Positions 15,928 through 24,825 of a stretch of DNA of 36,976 bases are shown here, in pieces. The notes beneath the pieces are model-generated. The model was given only the letters and a program-made list of their open reading frames with translations, did no database searches and was not told the origin of the DNA. Both the position numbers and the translations under genes were made by a program. Source of the DNA: Anaerolineae bacterium (GTDB taxonomy: Bacteria; Chloroflexota; Anaerolineae; B4-G1); the NCBI GenBank assembly GCA_050049955.1, contig JASFVG010000002.1:1-36976 (forward strand), given 5' to 3'. Position 1 is the stretch's first letter. Each line of letters opens with the position of its first letter.

Positions 15928-17916
15928 CTACTGGCCCGTGACTCGGGGGGTAGATGAGCACTGAAAAAACGCCGGGCGCATCTGTCTCTCCATTTCGAAT
16001 TCCTCTGTCTCGCAGAAGGTCTTGCCACGGAAAGACCCGCACTCCTCAACGATCGCATCGAGCTTGTCGTCAGACCGCGTCACTGAAATAGTCCACGTGA
16101 CGGTCCACGTAGTCGAGTCGACAAGAAACGGCTCTTTCGCAGCCATCCTGTAACCCGTGAAACTCGCATTGGCCGTGGCAGGTGCCAATTCCGCCTCGCC
16201 TTCACTCGTGGGGGACACACTCCTGCAAGGGTAGAAGGTAGCCGTGCCGTCGCTCTCCTGGATGATATCCAGGTACATCAGGGCAAACGATATGGTTTCC
16301 GGAACTCGACCGTTGACCCAGAAGCCCAAGAAATGCTCAAGCGCAGAGCCTATGGGGCGGACGATGACGGTCTGACTCCTTGTCACCTCGTCGCCGTTGA
16401 GCTTCACGATTCGCCAGGTATAGGTAGTCGTCGTGGCAGGGTGCTCGACTCTCTCTCCCTCCGCGCCTACCACACCAACACCATCCAGGTGCACTTCACT
16501 CACGGGCCGGATATGCCAGAACAGGGTGGTGTGCTGTCCCTCGTCGATGGTTGGGGGGTCTACGCTGATGTCAATCTCTGGATTGACAGCAGCCACCGCC
16601 GTTTGAGCGACTGCTGTTTCTGCGGCGGCAGTCCCCACTAGATTCGGGGTCGCAGTCGGGGTGGGCGTGGCCGTCGCAGTCGAGGGCGAAGTGGGGACAG
16701 GCGTTGGAGTGAACGTGGGCGTTGTGGTGCCTGTCGGTGTCGGCGGCAGCGGTGTGCTGGTCGAGGTGGGGGTGTCAGTTGATGGCACCTCAGTATCGAT
16801 GGGCGGCACAGTTGCGGCAGTCGATTCCCCGGCGACCATCACAGGCGTTATGGTGTCCGTCGAACTCGCCTGACCAGGGAGCGGCCAGCCAGCCACAAGA
16901 AGACCCGCGCCGAGGAACAGCACCAGCAACGCCGCTAGGCCGGCGATCACGGGTCCCGAGGGTCGCCGCCGTCTGTGTGGCCCAGACAGCGGCTCATAGC
17001 TGATTTCAAAGGAATCGGTCGGTGGCGGTCCGCTGAGCGGTAGCATGGTGTCAAAGATCGCATTCGGCTCTGGGGCCGACTCCCTAATCGGCGGCTGAGG
17101 CGCGGCGGACAAGGAACCCTCAAGGGCATCTACCATTGCACCGGCCGTCGGATAGCGCTGGTCCCGATCCTTGGCCAGGGCACGCATCAACACGGCCTCC
17201 ACGGACCGCGGCAGGTCCGGGTTCACCTGCGAGATCCGTGGCACCGGCTCCAACACGTGCTTCATTAGTTGCTGGGTGGGGGTATCCCCTTTGTAGGGCA
17301 CCTCCCCGGCGAGCATCTCGTACAGGACGATCCCCAGAGCGTACACATCGGCACGGCCGTCGATCTCCACCCCACCCTCAACCTGTTCGGGGCTCATGTA
17401 GGCGGGTGTGCCGATGACGGCGCTGCCGGTGAAGGAGGCCGTAGCCTCGGTCAGCCGGACAATGCCGAAGTCGGAAAGGTAGGCACTTCCCCTCTGGTCG
17501 AACAGGATGTTGCCAGGCTTCACGTCGCGATGAACGACGCCTCTGGCATGGGCATAGTCCAGCGCCGCCGCGATGGGCCGCAAGATCTCGACGGATTCCT
17601 CCAGGGAGATCTCGGCCTGAGTGATGCGGTCACTCAACGTGCCGCCGGCCATGTAGCGCATGACTAGGTAGGGTTGATCATCCTGCTGGCCAAAGTCGTA
17701 GATGGGCACGATGTCCCGGTGCTCCAGAGAAGCGATGGTCTCGCCTTCATGCTGGAAACGCGCCAGGAACTGCGGGTCATGGGTGAACTGGCGGGGCAAG
17801 ACCTTGATGCCCACCTGGCGATTGGCGGAGGGGTCCTGCGCCAGGTAGACGGTTGCCATGCCGCCTCGGGCCAGCTCGGAGATGATTTGATAGCGGCCGA
17901 TCTGTAGTCTATTCAT
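15928..17916 (-). CDS. Hanks-type Ser/Thr protein kinase (predicted active) with TM helix, Pro/Thr linker and extracytoplasmic domain
   Basis: The kinase motifs are intact: VGIKVL (Lys), HRDVKPGN, DFG, GTPAYMSPE. TM helix VIAGLAALLVLFLGAGLLVAGW. PT-rich linker (TPTSTSTPLPPTPTGTTTPTFTPTPVPTSPSTATATPTPTATP). The C-terminal region of about 210 aa is Cys-containing. SD AAGGAG lies upstream of ATG 17916. Confidence 0.9.
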   Translation of the reverse strand: MNRLQIGRYQIISELARGGMATVYLAQDPSANRQVGIKVLPRQFTHDPQFLARFQHEGETIASLEHRDIVPIYDFGQQDDQPYLVMRYMAGGTLSDRITQAEISLEESVEILRPIAAALDYAHARGVVHRDVKPGNILFDQRGSAYLSDFGIVRLTEATASFTGSAVIGTPAYMSPEQVEGGVEIDGRADVYALGIVLYEMLAGEVPYKGDTPTQQLMKHVLEPVPRISQVNPDLPRSVEAVLMRALAKDRDQRYPTAGAMVDALEGSLSAAPQPPIRESAPEPNAIFDTMLPLSGPPPTDSFEISYEPLSGPHRRRRPSGPVIAGLAALLVLFLGAGLLVAGWPLPGQASSTDTITPVMVAGESTAATVPPIDTEVPSTDTPTSTSTPLPPTPTGTTTPTFTPTPVPTSPSTATATPTPTATPNLVGTAAAETAVAQTAVAAVNPEIDISVDPPTIDEGQHTTLFWHIRPVSEVHLDGVGVVGAEGERVEHPATTTTYTWRIVKLNGDEVTRSQTVIVRPIGSALEHFLGFWVNGRVPETISFALMYLDIIQESDGTATFYPCRSVSPTSEGEAELAPATANASFTGYRMAAKEPFLVDSTTWTVTWTISVTRSDDKLDAIVEECGSFRGKTFCETEEFEMERQMRPAFFQCSSTPRVTGQ

Positions 17917-18032
17917 TCTTGCTCCTTATCAGGCCTGCCGGCGGGTCAGCACGGCCTGGGAATGTCTACAGCTACCAGCCTATCTGCGCCCCTCTACTGG
18001 GCCTCGGAAGAGCCTCCTCGGCGGGTCATGCG

Positions 18033-18653
18033 TCAACTGGGGACAAACGCCAGGGTGATATTGCTGTACCCCAGGCCAATGGTGTCACTAGCTCGCAGCT
18101 CGTAGCTCCGCCCAAAGGACAGACGCTGGCCGTTGAGGAAGGTGGGGTTTCTCTCCACCAGTGCCTCCAGATAGTAGGCGCCGTCCCGCTCGGTGATCTG
18201 GGCGTGGCGGCGCGAGACGCGGCGGCTGCCCGCCAGCCACTCCAGATTGGCGGCCAGCAGCTCGTTGTGGGCCGGGTCAGCATCCGTCCGGCCAATGATC
18301 GCTGGCTGCCACTCGACGGGAAAGAGCACCTGGGTCGTGGCTTCCTGAAGCGCAAACCGGGCACCTGTGGCCAGTGGCCGGCGCAACTGGCGGAACGTGT
18401 CACGGATCCAGGTGAAGTCCAGCCGGTCGCCCGGCTGGACGCCCTGGTCCAGCAGCGTCTTGGTGCCCTCCAGCGGCCGCTGCTGTCCCTCCAGGTACAG
18501 GCCGTAGAGTTCCGGCGCCTCGCCGTCCAGTTCCTGAAACTCGCTCAGCACCTCCTCAATCAGACCGGCCACCGTCAGCGTCTTGCGCACCGCTACCCGC
18601 TGGTTGGTTTCGTCGAACACATCGACGGTCAGTTCAAGATAGTCACTCATCAT
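18033..18653 (-). CDS. Ubiquitin-like (YukD/EsaB-type beta-grasp) - FHA fusion protein
   Basis: The N-terminal roughly 80 aa (LELTVDVFDETNQRVAVRKTLTVAGLIEEVL...TLLDQGVQPGDRLDF) follow the beta-grasp pattern of the T7SS Ubl proteins. The C-terminal part is an FHA domain (AIIGRTD...VSRRHAQI...YYLEAL..NPTFLNGQRL...SDTIGLG). The ATGATG start overlaps the EccC-like stop by 11 nt. Confidence 0.65.
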   Translation of the reverse strand: MMSDYLELTVDVFDETNQRVAVRKTLTVAGLIEEVLSEFQELDGEAPELYGLYLEGQQRPLEGTKTLLDQGVQPGDRLDFTWIRDTFRQLRRPLATGARFALQEATTQVLFPVEWQPAIIGRTDADPAHNELLAANLEWLAGSRRVSRRHAQITERDGAYYLEALVERNPTFLNGQRLSFGRSYELRASDTIGLGYSNITLAFVPS

Positions 18654-21600
18654 TCGGCTCCAGGTTCAGGGTCTTGAGCTCGCGAGCCACGTTCACCAGG
18701 TCGACCGGCGACATGATGGCCATCAGGTCATTATCCATGCCCTCTGCCTTCAGTAGCGCCTTGAGCGCTCCGATGTCCACATCGTCTGGCACCGATTTCA
18801 TCAATGCTAGTGGCTGCTGCGGCAGGTCGGGCTCGTCCCCTTTTTCCTGCTCCCGAGCGACAGGTACGATGGCGGCAGCCTCGACTCCCTCACCGGTGCC
18901 GCCACGTTCTTCAGCGCCCTCTGCCTCGGCAGGTTCCTGGACGTGCTGCCAGGAAGCCTCATGCCCTGGAAAGCGCTCCCGGATCTCCTGCACCCAACGG
19001 TCCAGGCTCTCGGCCTGGCGCTTTTCATCCAGGTACGGCGTGGCCACCTGCAGCATCACGGTGCGGCCCGACCGGACGACAAAGCCGCGTCCCAGGGGCA
19101 GTTCGGCCTGGGCTAGGCTTCGCGGGATGCGGCCGTTGAGAGCAAGCACGGCGTCGTCCGACTGGAGGGCGATGCCCAGCCTGGGCATCTGGAGCTGCTT
19201 GCGCAGCTGCTCTGGTGAGCGCGTGATATGGGGCGAGCCGGCCACGACAAAGTGCAGGCCGTCCGTGCCTCGCTCGCGGGCCAGCGCCGCCAGGGCCGGG
19301 AAGGCCTCCCGCAGATCCCGAGCTTCTTCGGCAAAGGTGTCATAGTTGTCGATGATGACGAAAACTGCACGTTGGTCTTCCGCCACTTGCTGGCATTCTA
19401 CGTCCAGCGCTTCGATCAGGCCGGCCAACTCTTCGTTGTCGGTCACCGCAGCAACCACGTGTGGCAGGTCTGCCAGCGTCCGTTGCCCCCCATAGCGAGT
19501 GAGGCGCCGCTGGTAATCGATCAGAACCAGCGTGACCCCCTGCGGAGAGTACGTGTGGGCCAGGGAGAGGACCAGGCTTCGCAGCGTGGTTGTCTTTCCC
19601 GAGTTGGGCGGGCCGACCACCAGGCAGTGGGGACCCTGGACCGGCAGGTTGAGCACCCATGGCTCGAGGTTCCGGTCCTCGACGCCCAGCGGAACCTGGA
19701 TAGAAGCACCCGTCGTCGCCCGCGCCAACAGGTCGGACAGCAGAACTCGTTCCGCTAGCGTGCTGATCGGCAGCGGGCGTCTCTCCGCTGGCAGCCTTGC
19801 GGCAGCCTCCTGCAGCAACCGCACCAGATATCCCAACCGCCGTGTCTCGTCTGGCCCTGGCGACTCGCCGGCTGCGCCGACCGGCAGTGCGGCCTGGAAC
19901 GCCAGCGCCCGCCGTCCCACCTTGACGAACCCCCGCCCCGGGATGTCGTCGATGCCTCGCGCACCACGTCCGACAATGCCCGTGTACTCGGTCGGGTCGG
20001 AAAGTTTGAGCGCCAGCCGTTCGGTGAACAGGCTGTACAGCTTCCCGCCCAGGGCGCCCGGCAGTTCGGCGGAGACGGCAAAGTGCATGCCATAGGCCCG
20101 CGACTCGCGGGCCAGCGAGACCAGCATGGGCATCAGGTTGTCAAAACTCTCCCGAAACTCGGCGAAGTTGTCGATCACGACCAGGAGGGCCGGCAAGGCC
20201 CGCTCAGGCTGCCCTTGGTTGTAGCTGTAAAGGTCATCGGCCCTGGCACTGCTAAGCAACGCCTTTCGCTCCCCCAGGAACCTGTCCAGTTGTCGTAGCA
20301 GGCGCGTCACCCGTTCCTCTTCGTCGGGCGTGATGATGGCGCCAACGTGGGGCAGGTCGCGGAAGACGCCCAACTGGCGACCGCCAAAGTCGAGGACGTA
20401 GACGTGCAGCTCCTGGGGCGAGTGCGTAGCCGCCAGCGTCGTGATCATCGTGCGCAGGAACGTGGTCTTTCCCCAGCCCGAGGCGCCAAAGACGACGGCG
20501 TGTCCCCGCCGCAGGTCCACGACCAGCGGCATCTGCTCGGCGTGGTGAGGATTGTCGATCAGACCCTCCACAGCCCTCATGGCCTGGGTTTCCCAATCGA
20601 CACCTCTCCACCCACCGTCGCCGCGCAACCAGCGGGGCACGGCGCCATTGAGGACAACCGATTGCTCCATCTCGCCGGCCCTGTCGGCCACATCCAGGAT
20701 GGCGTTGATGCCCTCAGGATTCAGGTACCCGGCGTCTACTGGCGTCTGGAGGCTCATCGACTCCGGCAGGAAGTTGGGCCACGGCTTCCGCTGGGGCAGA
20801 GAGTGCTCTCGGGCCAGGTTGGCCATGGTATCGACCATCACCTCAAAGACCTTGGGCAGTTCGTCGGCGCTGCTGGCAGATCCCTTCCGTGACCGGTCGT
20901 GCCAGATGACGTCAGGCGTCTTCTCCTCCACGCCCCCGTGGAATTCGGAGCCGGTCCAGGCCACCTGGATCAACTCGACGTTCTCGTTGCCGACCTGCAG
21001 ATAGCCACGGCCGGGAATTCCCGTTGGCAAGTAGGCTGCGTCAGGCCGGCGTAGCACTTCAGAGCTCTCCTCCCGGGTCTCTACGCGCAGCGCAATACGG
21101 AACTTGATGTTGGCCCTCATCTGGTCTGTCACCCCCGTCGGACGCTGCGCCGCCAGAATGAGAGTGATGCCCAGCGCGCGGCCGAGGCGCGTGATGGAGT
21201 TGAGCTGCGCCTTGTACTCGGGGTTCTCAGCAATCATCTCGGCGAACTCGTCGATGAAGACGAACAGGTGGGGATAGGGCGCCGTCTTGAGCGCCTGCCC
21301 CTTGACCGTCACAGGATGGCCGTAGGGCGGCTCGTGCAGGCCGTTCTTGCGATAGTGGACGATGTGCTTGGACCCGGTTGCCACGTTGATGGCTTCGCGC
21401 CGGTGGATCTCGGCCATGATGGCGGCGAACATGCGCTCCACGGCGTTGCCCCTGAGGTTGGTCACGATGTCGACGCAGTGGGGCAGCTTGCGGAACGGCT
21501 CAAAGGCGGCGCCCCCCTTAAAGTCCACCAGCACGAAATTCACGATGCTCGGATCATAGTTGTAGGCCAGGCTCAGAATCATGGTCATCAGCAGCTCGGA

Positions 21601-23211
21601 CTTGCCGGACCCGGTACTGCCGGCGATCAGACCGTGGACGCCGTCGGCGTCGGCCGAGAACTTGAGCCGGCGGATATCGCCGCCCGAAAGCATACCCAGG
21701 GCCGACTGCAACCAGTCGGCCTGGTCCGGCCGCTGGCAGGATTGCCAGTTGGCCAGAATCCGCTGGCGAAGCTCCTGTGCCGTCGTGACCTGCAGCATAT
21801 CCAGCATCAGGACACTGCGCGGCAGGTCGGCACCATAGCTTTCGCGCACGCGCAGGGGTTCCAGATAGCGCGCGAATTGCTCCAGCGCCTGCGTACTGCG
21901 GATCACGTCTGCCCGGCCGGCGTGTCGGGCGGTGTTCACGCCAACCTCAGCGAAGCGGAAGCCGATCTCCTCCCCCGTCTGGCCCTCGCCCTTGGGCATG
22001 GAGGTGAGCTCAATGACCGCCTGGCATCCACCTGGTACCAGGCCCAGTTCGGGAACCAGGAAAAGGATCGCCGCCCCCAAGCGCGAGCCTTCGGCCATGA
22101 GCAGGGAGATGCCGGGGTCGCTCTCCAGTTCGGCCAGGGCTGACTCTGGAGGCACCGTCGCCAACATGTCAACCACCACCAGGAGGAACGGGCGGGTTAC
22201 GTCAGCATCCTGATCCTCCTCACGCAGCCGCATCTGCCGCTCCTCCAACACGGCTCGTAGCCGCCGCAAGAAACGGAAGGCTTTGCTTTGGTCTCTGTCA
22301 CCGTCTCGATCGGACTGGTCCTCGAAGCACAGAGCATCTCGCGACCCTTCGTCGCCGCAGTGAGGCAGCTGGCTCAGCCAGCGCCAGGCGCTGCGGGCGC
22401 TATGTAGTCCGAGGATGTACAGGCCAGCGTCAGTTGGAGCGTGAAAGGCACTATAGTGGACCAGCAACGCGCCCATGAAAGCATAGGCATCCTGCGCCGA
22501 CCCGCTGACGACGCCGAGGGCATCCTGGGCACATTCCACCTCGTTCCGCTCGGAAGCCGAAGGGCACAGGCGGATGGTGATGGCCACGTCACCCAGTACG
22601 CACGAGTCCTCGGCCAGGCGCATGGCACTTCGCACCAGTGGGTCTTCGGGGCCGCTAGGTTTCGAGAGCGCGTAGACGACCGTGGATGGCCGCGTGCCCA
22701 GACCGAGCCGCAGTGCACCAAAGTCGGGGTCGCTGGGGCGGCGTTCCCAAAGGCGAGTGCCCAGCCGCCCCTTCTGGTTCGCGTCCAGCTCACCCCGATG
22801 GGCCTCGTAGGCGATGCGCAGGACCTGGGACGGATCAGGGTAGTTGTGGCGATAGAACCGGCGCTGGATCCCGTGCTGGGTCGCCATCTCCTTGCGCAGT
22901 TCGATCAGCCCTTCCAGGTAGGCGGCCTGCCTTGCCCGTCTGCGCTTCCTCCCTTCGTAGTGGCTGTGGAGTGCCATGCCCATCGAAACGACGACCGAAA
23001 TGGCCATAGGGATCATGATCAACAGGTTGCGTCCGTTCCCAGAGATGGACATCAGCACGTAGCCGACAATGGACACCAGCGGCATGAAGACCTGGACGAG
23101 CGGCCGACTGGGGTTCCTCTCTTCTTCCGGTGGATCGGGAATCCCGACTTCACCGCTGGGTAGACCGGGCTGCAGCCGCGGCGGGCGCTCGATGTATCGA
23201 ACAGTGGACAT
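18643..23211 (-). CDS. EccC/EssC-like type VII secretion FtsK/SpoIIIE-family ATPase (2 TM, degenerate D0 domain, three P-loop domains)
   Basis: EccC-style N-terminus RYIERPPRLQPGLPSGEVGIPDPP, followed by two TM helices. D1 has Walker A GSTGSGKS (nt 21598-21621) and Walker B FVFIDEFAE. D2 has GASGWGKT and LLVVIDNFAE. D3 has GPPNSGKT and VFVIIDNYDTF. Only D1 keeps the catalytic DE, as in characterised EccC/EssC. The start is placed at ATG 23211 (AGGA 8 nt upstream). ATG 23220 and TTG 23298 of the track are alternatives. Confidence 0.9.
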   Translation of the reverse strand: MSTVRYIERPPRLQPGLPSGEVGIPDPPEEERNPSRPLVQVFMPLVSIVGYVLMSISGNGRNLLIMIPMAISVVVSMGMALHSHYEGRKRRRARQAAYLEGLIELRKEMATQHGIQRRFYRHNYPDPSQVLRIAYEAHRGELDANQKGRLGTRLWERRPSDPDFGALRLGLGTRPSTVVYALSKPSGPEDPLVRSAMRLAEDSCVLGDVAITIRLCPSASERNEVECAQDALGVVSGSAQDAYAFMGALLVHYSAFHAPTDAGLYILGLHSARSAWRWLSQLPHCGDEGSRDALCFEDQSDRDGDRDQSKAFRFLRRLRAVLEERQMRLREEDQDADVTRPFLLVVVDMLATVPPESALAELESDPGISLLMAEGSRLGAAILFLVPELGLVPGGCQAVIELTSMPKGEGQTGEEIGFRFAEVGVNTARHAGRADVIRSTQALEQFARYLEPLRVRESYGADLPRSVLMLDMLQVTTAQELRQRILANWQSCQRPDQADWLQSALGMLSGGDIRRLKFSADADGVHGLIAGSTGSGKSELLMTMILSLAYNYDPSIVNFVLVDFKGGAAFEPFRKLPHCVDIVTNLRGNAVERMFAAIMAEIHRREAINVATGSKHIVHYRKNGLHEPPYGHPVTVKGQALKTAPYPHLFVFIDEFAEMIAENPEYKAQLNSITRLGRALGITLILAAQRPTGVTDQMRANIKFRIALRVETREESSEVLRRPDAAYLPTGIPGRGYLQVGNENVELIQVAWTGSEFHGGVEEKTPDVIWHDRSRKGSASSADELPKVFEVMVDTMANLAREHSLPQRKPWPNFLPESMSLQTPVDAGYLNPEGINAILDVADRAGEMEQSVVLNGAVPRWLRGDGGWRGVDWETQAMRAVEGLIDNPHHAEQMPLVVDLRRGHAVVFGASGWGKTTFLRTMITTLAATHSPQELHVYVLDFGGRQLGVFRDLPHVGAIITPDEEERVTRLLRQLDRFLGERKALLSSARADDLYSYNQGQPERALPALLVVIDNFAEFRESFDNLMPMLVSLARESRAYGMHFAVSAELPGALGGKLYSLFTERLALKLSDPTEYTGIVGRGARGIDDIPGRGFVKVGRRALAFQAALPVGAAGESPGPDETRRLGYLVRLLQEAAARLPAERRPLPISTLAERVLLSDLLARATTGASIQVPLGVEDRNLEPWVLNLPVQGPHCLVVGPPNSGKTTTLRSLVLSLAHTYSPQGVTLVLIDYQRRLTRYGGQRTLADLPHVVAAVTDNEELAGLIEALDVECQQVAEDQRAVFVIIDNYDTFAEEARDLREAFPALAALARERGTDGLHFVVAGSPHITRSPEQLRKQLQMPRLGIALQSDDAVLALNGRIPRSLAQAELPLGRGFVVRSGRTVMLQVATPYLDEKRQAESLDRWVQEIRERFPGHEASWQHVQEPAEAEGAEERGGTGEGVEAAAIVPVAREQEKGDEPDLPQQPLALMKSVPDDVDIGALKALLKAEGMDNDLMAIMSPVDLVNVARELKTLNLEPNDE

Positions 23212-23287
23212 GGTGTGCATCCTAGTGTTCACCCCATCGGTATGGGAGCCGCTCGTGCATCTGGCTACACGGTCAGGTCCCCGTTGG

Positions 23288-24361
23288 CTACCTGCCAAGA
23301 GCGGCAGCTAGCAGGACCAGCACGGTGACAGCAAGGGCCGCGGCCAGGACGATAGCAAGGGTGCGCCAATTGGGCCGTGGCTCCCTGCCATCCTTCGGCA
23401 CCGGAGGCACGCTGACCTGCAGTTCCCTGGCCAGCGTAAGCACGTCCGGCTGGCGTCGCCGGTAGTCCTTGCTGACTGCCCGCTCAACGATCTGTGGGAT
23501 GTTCTTGAGATCAGGCCGGTTGATGGCCGAGAGTTCCGAGTGGAGCACGTCGTGAGCGACTTCCGCTTCAGCCCGCAGGCGGAACGGATATAGCGGCCGC
23601 CCGGCCAACATCTCGTACAGGATCAGTCCCAATCCATACACATCGCTGAATGCCCCTAGCCGACCCCCACGCGCCTGGAGCAACTCGGGAGCCACGTAGG
23701 CCGGGAAAGCGAGGCGGCGATGCCAGTGCTGCCCCGCGTCTGCCGGGGCCGTTACTACGCCCATGTCAAGCAGAATTGGGCGTGGAACCCCCTCTGCGTC
23801 GCGACGCACCAGTGTCATCTCAGGGCCAAGGCACAGGTGCAGGCGTCCAGCCTGGTGCATCAGCGTCACGGCGTCTGCCAGGCTCAACGTCAACCACACA
23901 GCGTGCCGGTACCAGGGCTGCGGATCTTCCCGGAGCAGGTCTCGTAGGGTTCTGCCCTTGATGTGAGCAAACACGGCGTAGCAGAAGGTCCGATCGCCAA
24001 GCACGGCCCTGCCGTAGGGATAGTCGTCCACGTCAGCTCGGGCATGCGCCGGGAGCAAGGTGGGGAGAGCTGGATGCTGTCGTTTCTGCCTTTGCAGAGC
24101 CATCAGGAATCCAGCCTCCCGCCCTAATCGCTCCTCGAAACCTTGGTGCGCGACCTTGATCAGGACCTTCTGGTCCTCACGCTCCGCTTCGTAGATGGCC
24201 GCCGCCGGCAGTACGGTGAGTAGCTTGATGATATCCGTCTCGCCCAGCGACTCACCGCACTCGAGGACGATCGGTTTGTCGTCCGTGGCGCAGTGGCTCT
24301 CCTGGCACCACAGGCTACCCACCGGCGCCTCGCGCCAGCAACGCAGGCAAACCTGTTTCAT
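23288..24361 (-). CDS. Zinc-ribbon / protein-kinase-like pseudokinase with a C-terminal TM anchor
   Basis: N-terminal CLRCW...CQESHC (four Cys). The kinase fold is recognisable (VLIKV, DMG, YVAPE, DVYGLGLILYEMLAG). The catalytic loop reads HLCLGPEM (nt 23816-23839) instead of HRDLKPxN, and no Gly-rich loop is present. The C-terminal TM helix is TLAIVLAAALAVTVLVLLAAAL, with only 2 residues after it. Confidence 0.7.
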   Translation of the reverse strand: MKQVCLRCWREAPVGSLWCQESHCATDDKPIVLECGESLGETDIIKLLTVLPAAAIYEAEREDQKVLIKVAHQGFEERLGREAGFLMALQRQKRQHPALPTLLPAHARADVDDYPYGRAVLGDRTFCYAVFAHIKGRTLRDLLREDPQPWYRHAVWLTLSLADAVTLMHQAGRLHLCLGPEMTLVRRDAEGVPRPILLDMGVVTAPADAGQHWHRRLAFPAYVAPELLQARGGRLGAFSDVYGLGLILYEMLAGRPLYPFRLRAEAEVAHDVLHSELSAINRPDLKNIPQIVERAVSKDYRRRQPDVLTLARELQVSVPPVPKDGREPRPNWRTLAIVLAAALAVTVLVLLAAALGR

Positions 24362-24468
24362 GGTGTCGATCTGTCCCTTTGGTCAGCGACAAGCCGCGGG
24401 CTATGGTCACAGAGGTCCATCGACCGCGTCGCCGGAACCCACCTCATCTTCGCACCTCGAGGAGATAC

Positions 24469-24762
24469 TCAGTGAAACCTGGTCGCGCCCAGAGCATCTC
24501 CGTGCTCATAGGAACGGATCGCCGACTCGAGGTCTGCACTCAGTTCAGCGCACTTGCCGGCGTACCTGTCGACCATCGGCTTCAGCGTTTCAAGGTATTC
24601 GGCGTGAGCTGCCGCGCCAACCGCACCCGTGAAGGCGGCAGCCTTGAGGACAGCGATGGTCGTCCCCATCGCCTTGCTGATTTGCTCAGCCTTCTCACCA
24701 ACTGAGTAGAACTGATCGGCCATCTTCTTAACAGCATCCACGTCCATGTGCACATCTGCCAT
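24469..24762 (-). CDS. WXG100-superfamily-like small helical protein (no WxG; C-terminal YxxxD motif)
   Basis: 97 aa with a predicted helix-turn-helix hairpin. The central turn is AFTGAVG in place of WxG. The C-terminus SYEHGD fits the YxxxD/E T7SS export motif. Strong SD GGGAGG upstream. Confidence 0.55.
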   Translation of the reverse strand: MADVHMDVDAVKKMADQFYSVGEKAEQISKAMGTTIAVLKAAAFTGAVGAAAHAEYLETLKPMVDRYAGKCAELSADLESAIRSYEHGDALGATRFH

Positions 24763-24825
24763 GGTAACCTCCCTGGGAGAGCCAGCTCGCGACAGTCTCT
24801 GACCGGGTTGAGCTCCCGGACGAAC

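Noticed and set aside
18643-23298. Reading the large FtsK/SpoIIIE protein as a chromosome-segregation DNA translocase (FtsK/SpoIIIE proper)
   Set aside because: It has three tandem P-loop domains, of which only the first keeps the catalytic DE. It has an EccC-type N-terminus with two TM helices and a degenerate D0 domain, no gamma/KOPS-binding domain is recognisable, and it is flanked by WXG100-like genes. The architecture is that of a secretion ATPase.
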